A stretch of DNA of 64,000 nucleotides, taken from assembly GCA_035296625.1 (NCBI GenBank), contig DATHAO010000002.1:18111-82110 (forward strand), in the 5' to 3' direction. The position numbers and the translations under genes were made by a program. This document shows, piece after piece, positions 43,336 to 53,060 of the stretch. The notes under the pieces are model-generated. The model was not told where the DNA came from, searched no databases, and worked only from the letters and a program-made list of their open reading frames with translations. Positions within the stretch are counted from its first letter, which is position 1. Each line of letters opens with the position of its first letter. The DNA is from Acidimicrobiales bacterium. GTDB taxonomy: Bacteria > Actinomycetota > Acidimicrobiia > Acidimicrobiales > VFJN01.

Positions 43336-44316
43336 ATGCTGCCGATCGCCGTCGACGCCATGGGCGGCGACAACGCGCCCGGCGCCATCGTCGAGGGCGC
43401 CCGCCGGGCCGCCGACGAGCTGGGCATCCCGATCGTGCTGGTCGGGCGACCCGACGAGACCGACCCGCTGCGCGGCGACCTCGACCTGCTGGCGGCCTCG
43501 GAGGTCATCGGCATGGACGCGGACGCCGGCGCCAGCGTGCGGCGCATGAAGGACTCGTCCCTCGTGCGCGCGGCCGAGGCGGTGCGCGACGGCAGGGCCT
43601 CGGCCATGGTCAGCGCGGGCAACACCGGCGCGACGATGGCCTCGGCGCTGCTGCGCATGGGGCGCATCAAGGGCGTCGCCCGCCCGGCGATCGCCACGCC
43701 CATCCCGGTCGTAGGCTCGACCCCGACGGTTCTGCTCGACGCCGGCGCCAACGCCGAGTGCCAGGCCGCCTGGCTCGTGCAGTTCGCCCAGATGGGAGCC
43801 GTGTTCGCCCGCCACCGCTACGGCATCGCCGAGCCCCGGGTCGGCCTGCTCTCGATCGGCGAGGAGTCCACCAAGGGCAACGACCTGGTGAAGGAAACCC
43901 ACGCGCTGCTCGCCGAGCCCGGGGCACTGGCGGGCTCCGGTGCCCGCTTCGTCGGCAACGTCGAGGGCCGCGACATCATGACGCCCGACGTCGACGTGAT
44001 CGTGACCGACGGCTTCACCGGCAACGTCACCCTCAAGACGCTCGAGGGCGGCATGAAGGCCCTGGTGCGCGCCGTGCTCGAGACGCTCGGCGCCAGCGAC
44101 GTGGGCGACCGGGCCGTCGAGGCCCTGCTACCGCTCTACGCCGAGCTCGATCCCGACAGCACCGGCGGCGCCATGCTCCTCGGCGTCGACGGGGTCTGCA
44201 TCATCAGCCACGGCTCGTCGTCGGCCACCGCCGTCGTCAACGCCGCCCGCGTGGCGCGCGAGATGGTCGAGGGCGAGGTCGTCGAGCGGCTGCGCGAGGC
44301 GATCGCCGCCGGCTGA
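43336..44316 (+). CDS. plsX: phosphate acyltransferase PlsX
   Basis: IAVDAMGGDNAP, SAGNTGA, GF.GN..LK. Confidence 0.9.
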   Translation: MLPIAVDAMGGDNAPGAIVEGARRAADELGIPIVLVGRPDETDPLRGDLDLLAASEVIGMDADAGASVRRMKDSSLVRAAEAVRDGRASAMVSAGNTGATMASALLRMGRIKGVARPAIATPIPVVGSTPTVLLDAGANAECQAAWLVQFAQMGAVFARHRYGIAEPRVGLLSIGEESTKGNDLVKETHALLAEPGALAGSGARFVGNVEGRDIMTPDVDVIVTDGFTGNVTLKTLEGGMKALVRAVLETLGASDVGDRAVEALLPLYAELDPDSTGGAMLLGVDGVCIISHGSSSATAVVNAARVAREMVEGEVVERLREAIAAG

Positions 44317-44410
44317 CCTGCGGCACCGCCGCCACCCGTCCACATCTGGGGCGCCGGGTTGGGGGTCCCGTTACACTGCCGCCCGCACCGGCCCGAAACA
44401 GGAGACAAAC

Positions 44411-44698
44411 GTGCCTGCCGAAACCCATGTCGAGCGTGGTCCGCTCGATCGCCAGCAGGTGTTCGAGCTGATCCGTGACCGCCTGGCCGACATCCTCGAG
44501 GTCGAGCCGGCGACGATCCACGAAGGCGATTCGTTCACCGACGACCTCGAAGCCGACTCGCTCGCACTGATCGAGCTGGCGGAGGCGCTGGAGGAGGAGA
44601 TCGGCGAACGGAGCGTCGGCTTCCGCATCGAGGACGAGGACCTGGAAGACATCAAGTCGGTGCGTGACGCCGTCGACTACGTCCTCGCGCGGCTCTAG
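44411..44698 (+). CDS. acpP: acyl carrier protein
   Basis: F..DLEADSLALIEL (DSL phosphopantetheine site). GGAGA SD. -10 TACACT about 35 nt upstream. Confidence 0.9.
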   Translation: MPAETHVERGPLDRQQVFELIRDRLADILEVEPATIHEGDSFTDDLEADSLALIELAEALEEEIGERSVGFRIEDEDLEDIKSVRDAVDYVLARL

Positions 44699-44776
44699 GG
44701 GCCGGTCATACCACTTCCCGTCCCGGCCCTCGACGAACTGGCAGCGCGTCTCGGCGTAGAGCTCCCCGAACCCGAG

Positions 44777-45430
44777 GTGCTGGCGCCCGCGCTCGTGCAC
44801 CGCTCGTGGTGCGCCGAGAACCTCGGCTTCAACTCGAACGAGCGGCTCGAGTTCCTCGGCGACGCCGTGCTCGGGGTGATCATCACCGATCACGCCTTTC
44901 ACGCCTACCCCGCGCTGAGCGAGGGTGAGCTGACCGACGTGCGCAAGGCCGTCGTCAACGCCGTGACGCTGGCGGAGGTGGCCGACGAGCTGGGCCTCGG
45001 CCAGCACCTGCTGCTCGGCAAGGGCGAGGAGCAGTCGGGCGGGCGCGAGAAGCCGTCGATCCTGGCCGACGCGCTCGAGGCGGTGCTGGGCGCCGTCTAC
45101 GTGTCGGCCGGCATGCGGACCGCGCACGACCTCGTCCTGCGCCTGCTCGGCTCGCGGGTCGCCGAGGCGCACGCCGGGGGGCCGGGTGGGCAGGACTACA
45201 AGAGCCGGCTCCAGGAGCTGGCCGCTCGTCTCTTCGACGAGGCGCCCAAGTACGAGACCCTCGCCGAGGGCCCGGACCACGCCCGTCGCTTCCACGTGAC
45301 GGTGTCCGTGGCCGGCGTCCCCCGGGGGCGCGGGGACGGCCGGTCGAAGAAGCAAGCCGAGCAGGTCGCCGCCCGCGCTGCCTTCACCACGCTGGCGGCC
45401 GAGGTGAGGAACGACGACGAGGATGCCTGA
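44777..45430 (+). CDS. rnc: ribonuclease III (start probably upstream at a non-canonical codon)
   Basis: ERLEFLGDAVL signature and a C-terminal dsRBD. GTG 44777 is the first canonical start, but conserved LDELAARLGVELPEPEVLAPALVHRS begins at 44729 in the same frame. Confidence 0.85.
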   Translation: MLAPALVHRSWCAENLGFNSNERLEFLGDAVLGVIITDHAFHAYPALSEGELTDVRKAVVNAVTLAEVADELGLGQHLLLGKGEEQSGGREKPSILADALEAVLGAVYVSAGMRTAHDLVLRLLGSRVAEAHAGGPGGQDYKSRLQELAARLFDEAPKYETLAEGPDHARRFHVTVSVAGVPRGRGDGRSKKQAEQVAARAAFTTLAAEVRNDDEDA

Positions 45431-46262
45431 CCTGCCCGAGATCGAGACGCTGCGCCGCGGTCTGGAACGTGAGACCGTCGGCCGGCGGGTGAAGTCGGCC
45501 GAGGTGACCGTGGCCGATGCCGTCAGGCGCAACGGTGGCAAGAAGGGCTTCGAGACCCGCCTCGAGGGCACGAAGATCAAGAGCGTCGAGCGCCGCGGTT
45601 CCCTCCTCGCGCTGACCCTCGACAGCGGCGACCTGCTGGTCCTCGACATCGGCGACTCGGGCCGCCTGCTGCGCGCCGCCCCGAAGGACCCGGCCGGCCC
45701 CGACCTCGCCGTGACGATCAGCTTCACCCAGGGCGGCGTGCTGCGCCTGTCCGATGCCGAGGGCAAGGCCGAGGCGTTCGTTGTCGCCCCCGAGCTGCTG
45801 GCGGCGGAGGTTCCGGCCCTGGCCGAACTGGGCCTCGACCCGGTCGCCTCCCCGGTGTCGTGGACGGCCTTCGCGCACGCCCTCGTGGCCCGGCGCAACG
45901 CCAAGCTGAAGCAGCTGTTGCTCGACCCCACGTTCGTGGTCGGCCTGGGCCCGCTCTACGCCGACGAGATCCTCTACGACGCCGGGCTCAAACCGGACCG
46001 CGAGGTCTCGACCGTCTCGACGATGGAGATCCGCCGGCTCTACCGGTCGCTCGTCGAGATCCTGCACGAGGCGACCAAGCACCACGGCGCCTCCACCGCG
46101 GAGCGCCCGTTCACGGACCTGACCGGCAAGGAGGGCGCCTTCCAGGCCGAGCTGGAGGTGTGGGGCCGCGACGGCGAGCCGTGCCGGCGCTGCCGGGGCG
46201 TGATCGCCAAGCAGCGGGGCGGCAAGACCGTCACCTACTGGTGCCCCAACTGCCAGGTCTGA
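45423..46262 (+). CDS. mutM: Fpg/Nei-family DNA glycosylase (divergent)
   Basis: MPDLPEIE N-terminus, H2TH region LLLDPTFVVGLGPLYADEILY, and the zinc finger CRRC...CPNC. Confidence 0.8.
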   Translation: MPDLPEIETLRRGLERETVGRRVKSAEVTVADAVRRNGGKKGFETRLEGTKIKSVERRGSLLALTLDSGDLLVLDIGDSGRLLRAAPKDPAGPDLAVTISFTQGGVLRLSDAEGKAEAFVVAPELLAAEVPALAELGLDPVASPVSWTAFAHALVARRNAKLKQLLLDPTFVVGLGPLYADEILYDAGLKPDREVSTVSTMEIRRLYRSLVEILHEATKHHGASTAERPFTDLTGKEGAFQAELEVWGRDGEPCRRCRGVIAKQRGGKTVTYWCPNCQV

Positions 46263-46328
46263 GCCCCGAGACCTGACCGGCGGGCGGCCCCGACGGCGGG
46301 GCTGCGCGCCCTGGTGCGGGTGGGCGCC

Positions 46329-46334
46329 TACTTT
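46329..46334 (+). promoter_or_regulatory. predicted -10 element of a leaderless promoter for smc
   Basis: TACTTT, 7 nt, ATG 46342. Confidence 0.45.
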
Positions 46335-46341
46335 TGTCCCG

Positions 46342-49300
46342 ATGTTCCTCAAGGCCTTGACGATCAAGGGCTTCAAGTCCTTCGCGGAGACGGCGACGCT
46401 CGACATGCAGCCGGGCGTCACGGTCGTCGTGGGGCCGAACGGGTCGGGCAAGTCCAACGTCGTCGACGCCATCGGCTGGGTGCTGGGCGCCCAGGCCCCC
46501 TCCGCCGTGCGCAGCCAGAGGATGGAGGACGTCATCTTCGCCGGCACCACCCGGCGACAGGCGCTGGGCCGGGCCGAGGTGTCCCTCACGATCGACAACG
46601 GCGCCGGCCTGCTGCCCATCGACTTCAGCGAGGTCACCGTCACCCGCACGCTGTGGCGCTCGGGCGAGAGCGAGTACGCCCTCAACGGTGTGGCATGCCG
46701 CCTGCTCGACGTGCAGGACCTGTTCAGCGACACCGGCGTGGGCCGGCAGCAGCACGTGATCGTGGGGCAGGGCCAGATCGACGCCGTGCTCAACGCGCGC
46801 CCCGAGGAGCGGCGCCTCATCATCGAGGAGGCGGCCGGGGTGCTCAAGCACCGCCGGCGCAAGGAGCGCTCCGAGCGCCGCCTGGCCGCCACCGAGGGCA
46901 ACCTGCTGCGGCTCGCCGACCTCGTGCGCGAGGTGCGCCGCCAGCTGCGCCCGCTCGAGAAGCAGGCCGAGGCCGCCCGCCGGCACGGCGACCTGATCGC
47001 CGAGCTGCGGGCGCTGCAGGTGCACGTGATCGGGCGCGAGCTGTCGACGCTCAAGCGGCGCCTGGGCGACGCGAGCGCTGCCCGGGCCGAGCAGCGCAAC
47101 GAGGAGACGCTGCTGAAACGGCGCCTGTCCGAGCTGGACCTGGCGGTGATAGCCGCCGAGGCCAAGCTCGGCGCCCTCGGCGGCAGCGACCTCGGCGACG
47201 CGCTCGCGCAGCTCGAGGCGCTGCGCGAGAAGGCCCGGGGTCAGCTCGCCGTCATCGCCGAGCGCCGCCGCAGCATCGAGCGCGAGCGAGCGGCGTTCGT
47301 CAGCCAGGAGGTCGTCGCCTCGCTCGAGGCCGACGCCGCCCGTCTGCGGGTCGAGGTCGCCGAGGCCGACGCGGAGGCGGAGGAGCTGGCGCCGGCGGCC
47401 GCCGCCCTGGCCGACGCCGAGGCGGATCTGGGCCGAACCCGGGCGGCGTTCGAGGGCGAGTGGGCCGACGGGGTGCCCCCGCCGTCCGGTAGGACGGCCG
47501 AGATCCGCGGCGAGCTGAGCGCCCTGCGCAACGCCCTCACCCGGGCCACCGCCGACCACGAGCGCGCGCAGGGTCGCCTGGCCCATCTCGACGAGCGCAT
47601 CGCGAGGCTCGACGCGGAGGCCGCGGATGCCGCCGCCCGGGTCGCCGGCGCCGAGGCGGCCGCTCCGGAGCTGGCGGCGGCCGCCCAGACCGCCGGAGCC
47701 CAGCGCTCGGCCGCCGAGGAGGCCCTGGCGGCAGCCGAGACCGTGCGCGACGAGACCCGGTCCGAGCGCCAGGCCTGGACGGCCCGGGTCGAAGCGCTGA
47801 CACTGGCCCTCGACGAGGCCCGGTCGCGGGCCGGCGCCGAGCGCCTCGCCGGCGTCGATGGCGTACGCGGCACGCTGCTCGAGCTCGTCGACGTCGACCC
47901 CGGGTGGGAGGCCGCCACCGAGGCCGCGTGCGGCGAGGCGCTGGCCGCCGTCGTCGTGGGGTCGGTCGACGCCGGGCGGCGAGCGCTCGCCGTGCTGGCC
48001 GAGGGCGACGTGGCAGGTGCCGTGCTGGCGGTGGGAGCCCTCGGCGCCGGGTCCGGCCCTGCGGGTGGTGCCGGTGGTGCCGGCGGCGCCGTCCAGCCGC
48101 CGCCGGTGGGCGAGCCGGTGTTGGCCCACGTGCGGCCCCGCAGCCCCGAGGTCCAGCCGCTGCTCGACGCCCTGCTCGCCCGGGCCGTGGCGGTCGAGGG
48201 CTCGTGGGAGGGCGCGCTCGACGCCGCCATCGCTCACCGCGACGCCGTGGTCGTGACCCGCACCGGCGGGCGCTTCGGCGTGACCGGCTGGCGGGTCGCC
48301 ACGCCCACGACCGGCGCGACCGGAGCGGCGCTCGACGAGGCCATCGAGCGGGCCGCGATCGCCACAGCCGCCGCCGAGGAGGCCGCCGAGGCTTATCGGA
48401 CCGCCCGCCAGCAGGCCGAGGATGCCCGCAGGGCGGCCGGTGCCGCCGGTCGGGCTCTCGACGAGAACGACCGGGTCCTGGCGGCGGCGCGAGCCGCGGT
48501 CGATCGGGTGACCGCCCAGCGCGACGACGCCGCGGGCGAGATCGCCGCCCTGCGCGACCAGGAGGGCGACACCACCGACCGCCACGAGCGCGACCGCGAG
48601 CGCATCGCCGAGCTCGAACGTCGCCTCCCCGAGATGGAGGCCGAGGAGGCGGTGCTGGCCGACCGGGCCCGAGCCATGGCCGACGCCCGCCGCCGCCTCG
48701 ACGAGCAGGGCGCGGCCGTCGGCGCCCGCCGGACCGACCTCGAGGTGCGGGCGGCCGGGCTCGACGACCGCCGGTCGTTCCTCCACCGGCGCTTGGCCGA
48801 GGTCGAGCAGCGCCTGGCCGGCTCGGTGGAGGCCCGCCGGCAGGCCGAGGCCCGCCGCGTCGAGCTCGACGCCCGTGAACGAGCGCTCGACCGGCTGGCG
48901 GCGTTCGTGGGCGACCGGCTCACCGACATCGAGGCCCGCCTCGGCCACCTGCAGCAGAGGCGCCGGGCCGAGACCGAGTCGCAGCGTGCGCTGTCCGCCG
49001 AGCTCGAGGGCCTCCGCAAGGAGCGCGGCGCGGCCGAGCGCCGGCTCGAGCAGGTCCGCGAGCGGGCGGGGCGCGTCGAGATCGAGGAGGCCGAGGTGCG
49101 CATGCGCCTCGAACAGACCGTGGCCACCTGCCGGACCCAGCTCGACGTCGAGCCCGAGGCGGCCGTCGCCGCCCGGGCGCCCGACCTCGCACCGGGCATG
49201 ACGCCGACCGTGCGCGTCGCCGAGCTCGAGCGCGAGCTGCGTGTCATGGGTCCCGTGAACCCGCTGGCGCTCGAGGAGTTCGAGGCGCTGCACGAGCGCC

Positions 49301-49848
49301 ACGAGTTCCTGCAGGGCCAGCTCGACGACATCAAGGCGGGGCGGCGCGACCTGTCCAAGGTGATCCGGGCGATCGACGACGAGATCGTGCGGGTGTTCGC
49401 CGCGGCGTTCGCGGACGTGAGCGAGAACTTCGAGCGGCTCTTCGAGATGCTGTTCCCCGGCGGGCGGGGCCGGTTGCGCCTCACCGACCCCGACGACCTG
49501 CTCAGCTGCGGCGTCGAGGTCGAGGCCAAGCCGTCGGGCAAGAACGTGAAGAAGCTGTCGTTGCTCTCCGGTGGCGAGCGGTCGCTGACGGCGCTCGCCT
49601 ACCTGTTCGCCGTGTTCCGCAGCCGGCCGTCGCCCTTCTACGTGATGGACGAGGTCGAGGCGGCCCTCGACGACGTGAACCTCCATCGCTTCCTCGACCT
49701 CGTGGCCGAGTTCCGCCAGGAGGCGCAGCTCATCATCGTGAGCCACCAGAAGCGCACCATGGAGGCCGCCGACCTGCTCTACGGCGTCACCATGCAGCCC
49801 GGCGGCTCGTCCAAGGTCGTCAGCGAGAAGGTCGGCGCGGGCACCTGA
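46342..49848 (+). CDS. smc: chromosome segregation protein SMC
   Basis: MFLKALTIKGFKSF...GPNGSGKSN Walker A, long coiled coils with a hinge, and C-terminal LSGGE...YVMDEVEAALD. Confidence 0.95.
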   Translation: MFLKALTIKGFKSFAETATLDMQPGVTVVVGPNGSGKSNVVDAIGWVLGAQAPSAVRSQRMEDVIFAGTTRRQALGRAEVSLTIDNGAGLLPIDFSEVTVTRTLWRSGESEYALNGVACRLLDVQDLFSDTGVGRQQHVIVGQGQIDAVLNARPEERRLIIEEAAGVLKHRRRKERSERRLAATEGNLLRLADLVREVRRQLRPLEKQAEAARRHGDLIAELRALQVHVIGRELSTLKRRLGDASAARAEQRNEETLLKRRLSELDLAVIAAEAKLGALGGSDLGDALAQLEALREKARGQLAVIAERRRSIERERAAFVSQEVVASLEADAARLRVEVAEADAEAEELAPAAAALADAEADLGRTRAAFEGEWADGVPPPSGRTAEIRGELSALRNALTRATADHERAQGRLAHLDERIARLDAEAADAAARVAGAEAAAPELAAAAQTAGAQRSAAEEALAAAETVRDETRSERQAWTARVEALTLALDEARSRAGAERLAGVDGVRGTLLELVDVDPGWEAATEAACGEALAAVVVGSVDAGRRALAVLAEGDVAGAVLAVGALGAGSGPAGGAGGAGGAVQPPPVGEPVLAHVRPRSPEVQPLLDALLARAVAVEGSWEGALDAAIAHRDAVVVTRTGGRFGVTGWRVATPTTGATGAALDEAIERAAIATAAAEEAAEAYRTARQQAEDARRAAGAAGRALDENDRVLAAARAAVDRVTAQRDDAAGEIAALRDQEGDTTDRHERDRERIAELERRLPEMEAEEAVLADRARAMADARRRLDEQGAAVGARRTDLEVRAAGLDDRRSFLHRRLAEVEQRLAGSVEARRQAEARRVELDARERALDRLAAFVGDRLTDIEARLGHLQQRRRAETESQRALSAELEGLRKERGAAERRLEQVRERAGRVEIEEAEVRMRLEQTVATCRTQLDVEPEAAVAARAPDLAPGMTPTVRVAELERELRVMGPVNPLALEEFEALHERHEFLQGQLDDIKAGRRDLSKVIRAIDDEIVRVFAAAFADVSENFERLFEMLFPGGRGRLRLTDPDDLLSCGVEVEAKPSGKNVKKLSLLSGGERSLTALAYLFAVFRSRPSPFYVMDEVEAALDDVNLHRFLDLVAEFRQEAQLIIVSHQKRTMEAADLLYGVTMQPGGSSKVVSEKVGAGT

Positions 49849-49857
49849 CCCCGCGCC

Positions 49858-50808
49858 TCAGGGGAGGCGCTGGTTCCAGACGAGCGACGTGGCGCCGGCG
49901 GCGGCGGCCAACACCAGCCCGAGGCCGACGAACCAGCCGCTGATGTCGCGGTCGACATCGCGGAAGCCGATCACCGTGCCGATGTCGCTGTAGACGTCGC
50001 TGAGCTGGGGGAGCGAGCCAGCCTCGTAGGCCTGGCCGCCCGTCTCGTCGGCGATGTCCTGCAGAGGCTCGGGCATGACCGGCACCGGCTGCTCGAGCCC
50101 GTCCGGCGTCACGATCATGCCGTCCTCGGTGCCGAAGGCGATCGTGAAGACCGGCACGCCGGCATCGGCCGCCGCCGCGGCGGCGTCGGCGTCGGGCCGC
50201 CCCACCGTCGTCTCGCCGTCGGACATGAGCACGATGCGGCCCGGGGCGGTCTCGCCCTCGCCGCTGCCGGGCGCCGCCTCGATGACGTCGAGGGCCGTGA
50301 AGATGGCTTCGCCGATGGCCGTCGACTCGCCGAGAGTGAGGTCCTCGAGGGCCGTGCGCGTGACGCTGCGGTCGTCGGTGGGGGCGACGGGCACGGTGGC
50401 CACCCCGTTGAACGTCACGAGGCCGAGGTTGATCTCCTCGGGCAGCTCGTCGACGAAATCGAGCGCCGCCGCCTGCGCGACCTCGACCCGGTTGGGCCGG
50501 ACGTCGTCGGCCTCCATGGACAGCGACGTATCGATGGCGAGGACGATCGTGGCGCGCTCGTCGGGCACCTGGGTGGCCCTCACCGGCCGGGCGAAGCCCA
50601 GCACGAGGGCGGCCAGGGCCACGAGGAACAGGACGGGCGGCACGTGCCGGCGCCAGTCCGGGCGGTGCGGGGCGACCACGTCGAGCAGGTCGACGTTCGT
50701 GAAGCGGATGATGTCGCGCCGCCGCTGGCGCAGCGACGCCACCCACCCTCCCGCCAGGGCGCCGACCGCCAGCAGCAGCCACAGGCGCCAGGCGATCAGG
50801 AAGCTCAC
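49858..50808 (-). CDS. VWA-domain membrane protein (BatA-like)
   Basis: N-terminal TM helices, VLAIDTSLSM (MIDAS DxSxS), TAIGEAI, and a C-terminal TM helix. GTGA coupling to the DUF58 gene. Confidence 0.8.
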   Translation of the reverse strand: MSFLIAWRLWLLLAVGALAGGWVASLRQRRRDIIRFTNVDLLDVVAPHRPDWRRHVPPVLFLVALAALVLGFARPVRATQVPDERATIVLAIDTSLSMEADDVRPNRVEVAQAAALDFVDELPEEINLGLVTFNGVATVPVAPTDDRSVTRTALEDLTLGESTAIGEAIFTALDVIEAAPGSGEGETAPGRIVLMSDGETTVGRPDADAAAAAADAGVPVFTIAFGTEDGMIVTPDGLEQPVPVMPEPLQDIADETGGQAYEAGSLPQLSDVYSDIGTVIGFRDVDRDISGWFVGLGLVLAAAAGATSLVWNQRLP

Positions 50809-51764
50809 GACAGCGCCCCCGCCGTCTGCCCGGCCATCGCCTGGCTGCGCCGCAGGTGATCGATGCGGCGCCGGCGCAGCGCCACGAACCGGACCAGCTC
50901 GACGAGCCAATCGCGGTCGGTGCGTAACACCAGGTGGTCGGCGCGTGCCTCGCGCAGCGACCGGGCGTTGGCCTCGCGCTGGGCGCGGGCCGCCGCCGCG
51001 TAGCGGGCCCGCAGGTCGGCCTTGTCGGTGCGCACGCCGCGGGTGGCCCCTGTCTCCGGGTCGACGACCATGAGCAGGCCGACATCGGGCAGGTCCAGCT
51101 CGCGGGGGTCGAGCACTTCGATGGCCAGGGTCTCATGGCGGGCGCCCACCAGGCGCATCGCCGGATGCCACGGCGACCGGGACAGGAAGTCGGAGATCAC
51201 GACCGCCAGGCCCCGGCGCATGGACGGCGCCGCCAGCCTGGCGAGCCCGTCGGGCAGGTCGGTATGCCCGCCGTCGGCCCGAGGCGCCGTGAGGATGCGG
51301 TGCATCAGCGCGCGCACGTGCACGCCGCCGCTGCGGGCGGGGACCGTCGCGATGCCCTGCCCGGTGAGGATGTGGGCACCGACCCGGTTGCCCGAGCGGC
51401 CCGTGAGGAAGGCCACGGCCCCGGCGGCCGCCACGGCCAGGTCGCGCTTCGTGCACAGGGCCGTGCCGAAGTCGACGCTGGGCGACAGGTCGACCAGCAG
51501 CCAGGTCTCGAGCTCGCGGTCGGCGATCGTCTCGCGCACCTGCGGCTGCTGCATGCGGGCGGTGACGTTCCAGTCGATTCGGCGGACGTCGTCGCCCGGC
51601 AGGTACCGGCGGGTCTCGCCCGACTCGCTGCCGTGACCGGGCACCAGGCCCCGGTAGTCGCCCTGGAGCAGACCGTCGAGGCGCCGGCTCACGGCCAGCT
51701 CGAGGCGGCGCAGCACCTCGTCGGGTCGCTGGGCGCCCGAGGCGGGGGGGACGTTGGGGCTCAC
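50805..51764 (-). CDS. DUF58-domain protein
   Basis: G.SESGETRRYLPGDDVRRIDWNVTAR matches the DUF58 motif. GTGA coupling to MoxR. Confidence 0.8.
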   Translation of the reverse strand: MSPNVPPASGAQRPDEVLRRLELAVSRRLDGLLQGDYRGLVPGHGSESGETRRYLPGDDVRRIDWNVTARMQQPQVRETIADRELETWLLVDLSPSVDFGTALCTKRDLAVAAAGAVAFLTGRSGNRVGAHILTGQGIATVPARSGGVHVRALMHRILTAPRADGGHTDLPDGLARLAAPSMRRGLAVVISDFLSRSPWHPAMRLVGARHETLAIEVLDPRELDLPDVGLLMVVDPETGATRGVRTDKADLRARYAAAARAQREANARSLREARADHLVLRTDRDWLVELVRFVALRRRRIDHLRRSQAMAGQTAGALS

Positions 51765-52948
51765 GACGGCGGTTCCGGCTGCATGACGACGCGGTGGGTC
51801 GCCTGGCCCTCGTCGCCGTCGCCGCCCTCGCCGCCGGCGTCGACCGCCCCGGCGGCGCCGACGGGGGGAGCAGTCGACGACCCGGCGTCGGGAGCGACGG
51901 CGGCGGCGGCCCGCCCCGCGCCGTTCGGCGCCGGCGGCACGGGTCGGGCGGTGGCGTCCTGGGTGGGGGTGATGCGGGGCGCCGGCACGGTGGCCAGCAG
52001 CCGGTTCAGCACGTGATCGACCTCGACGCCCTGGGCGAGGGCCTCGTAGGACAGCACGAGCCGGTGGCCGAGCACGTCGGGCGCCACGTCGAACACGTCC
52101 TGAGGCAGGGCGTAGCTGCGCCGCCGCAGCAGCGCGAGCGCCCGGCCGGCGGCGAGCAGCCCGAGGCTGGCCCGGGGCGACGCCCCGTAGGTCAGCAGCG
52201 GCTCGAGCTCGGTGAGGCCGTAGCGGCCGGGGTGGCGGGTGGCGCAGACCAGGTCGACCGCGTACTCCTGCACGCCGCGGTCGACGTAGATACCGCCGCG
52301 GGCGGATCGCTGCAGCCGCGTCAGGTCGGCGAGCGAGATGCGCTCGTTCGCCACGGGCGGGTTGACGCCCATGCGGCGCACGATCTCGATCTCCTCCGAG
52401 CGCGACGGGTGGTCGATCACGACCTTCATGAGGAACCGGTCGCGCTGGGCCTCGGGCAGCGGGTACACGCCCTCGGACTCGATCGGGTTCTGCGTGGCCA
52501 CGACGAGGAATGGTTCCGGCACCGGGTAGGTCGTGCCGCCGATCGAGACGTGGTGCTCGGCCATCACCTCGAGCAGCGCAGACTGCACCTTGGCCGGCGC
52601 CCGGTTGATCTCGTCGGCCAGCAGGAAGTTGCCGAACACGGGGCCGAGCTCGATGTCGAACGTGCCGGTGTCGGGCCGGTAGATGCGCGTGCCCACCAGG
52701 TCGGAGGGGACCAGGTCCGGCGTGAACTGGATGCGGGCGAACGTGCCGCCCACCACGGTGGACAGGGTTTCCGCCGCCAGGGTCTTGGCCAGGCCGGGCA
52801 GGCCCTCGAGCAGCACGTGGCCGCCGGCGAGCACCGCCACGAGCAGGCGCTCGACGAGCCGGTCCTGGCCCACGATCACCTTCTTGACCTCGAACAGGCT
52901 CTGCTCGAGGAGCGTGGCGTCGTCGGCGATCGAGTGCGGGGTCGTCAC
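51761..52948 (-). CDS. MoxR-family AAA+ ATPase with ~70-aa low-complexity C-terminal tail
   Basis: VIVGQDRLVERLLVAVLAGGHVLLEGLPGLAKT, ADEINRAP, VVATQNP. The upstream part of ORF 51761..53299 is not coding-like. Confidence 0.85.
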   Translation of the reverse strand: MTTPHSIADDATLLEQSLFEVKKVIVGQDRLVERLLVAVLAGGHVLLEGLPGLAKTLAAETLSTVVGGTFARIQFTPDLVPSDLVGTRIYRPDTGTFDIELGPVFGNFLLADEINRAPAKVQSALLEVMAEHHVSIGGTTYPVPEPFLVVATQNPIESEGVYPLPEAQRDRFLMKVVIDHPSRSEEIEIVRRMGVNPPVANERISLADLTRLQRSARGGIYVDRGVQEYAVDLVCATRHPGRYGLTELEPLLTYGASPRASLGLLAAGRALALLRRRSYALPQDVFDVAPDVLGHRLVLSYEALAQGVEVDHVLNRLLATVPAPRITPTQDATARPVPPAPNGAGRAAAAVAPDAGSSTAPPVGAAGAVDAGGEGGDGDEGQATHRVVMQPEPPS

Positions 52949-52956
52949 GGCCTTCG

Positions 52957-52962
52957 AGGGTA
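52957..52962 (-). promoter_or_regulatory. predicted -10 element for the moxR operon (leaderless or 1-nt leader)
   Basis: On the minus strand: TACCCT, 8 nt, GTG (52948). Confidence 0.4.
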
Positions 52963-53060
52963 CGGTCGAGAGCGGCCCCCGAGACGTCACACGTGCCCTG
53001 AAGAGGCATTTCGCGCGGCTTCCGGTCGGCCTGCGGGCGGCCGGTAGGCTCGCCCCCACC

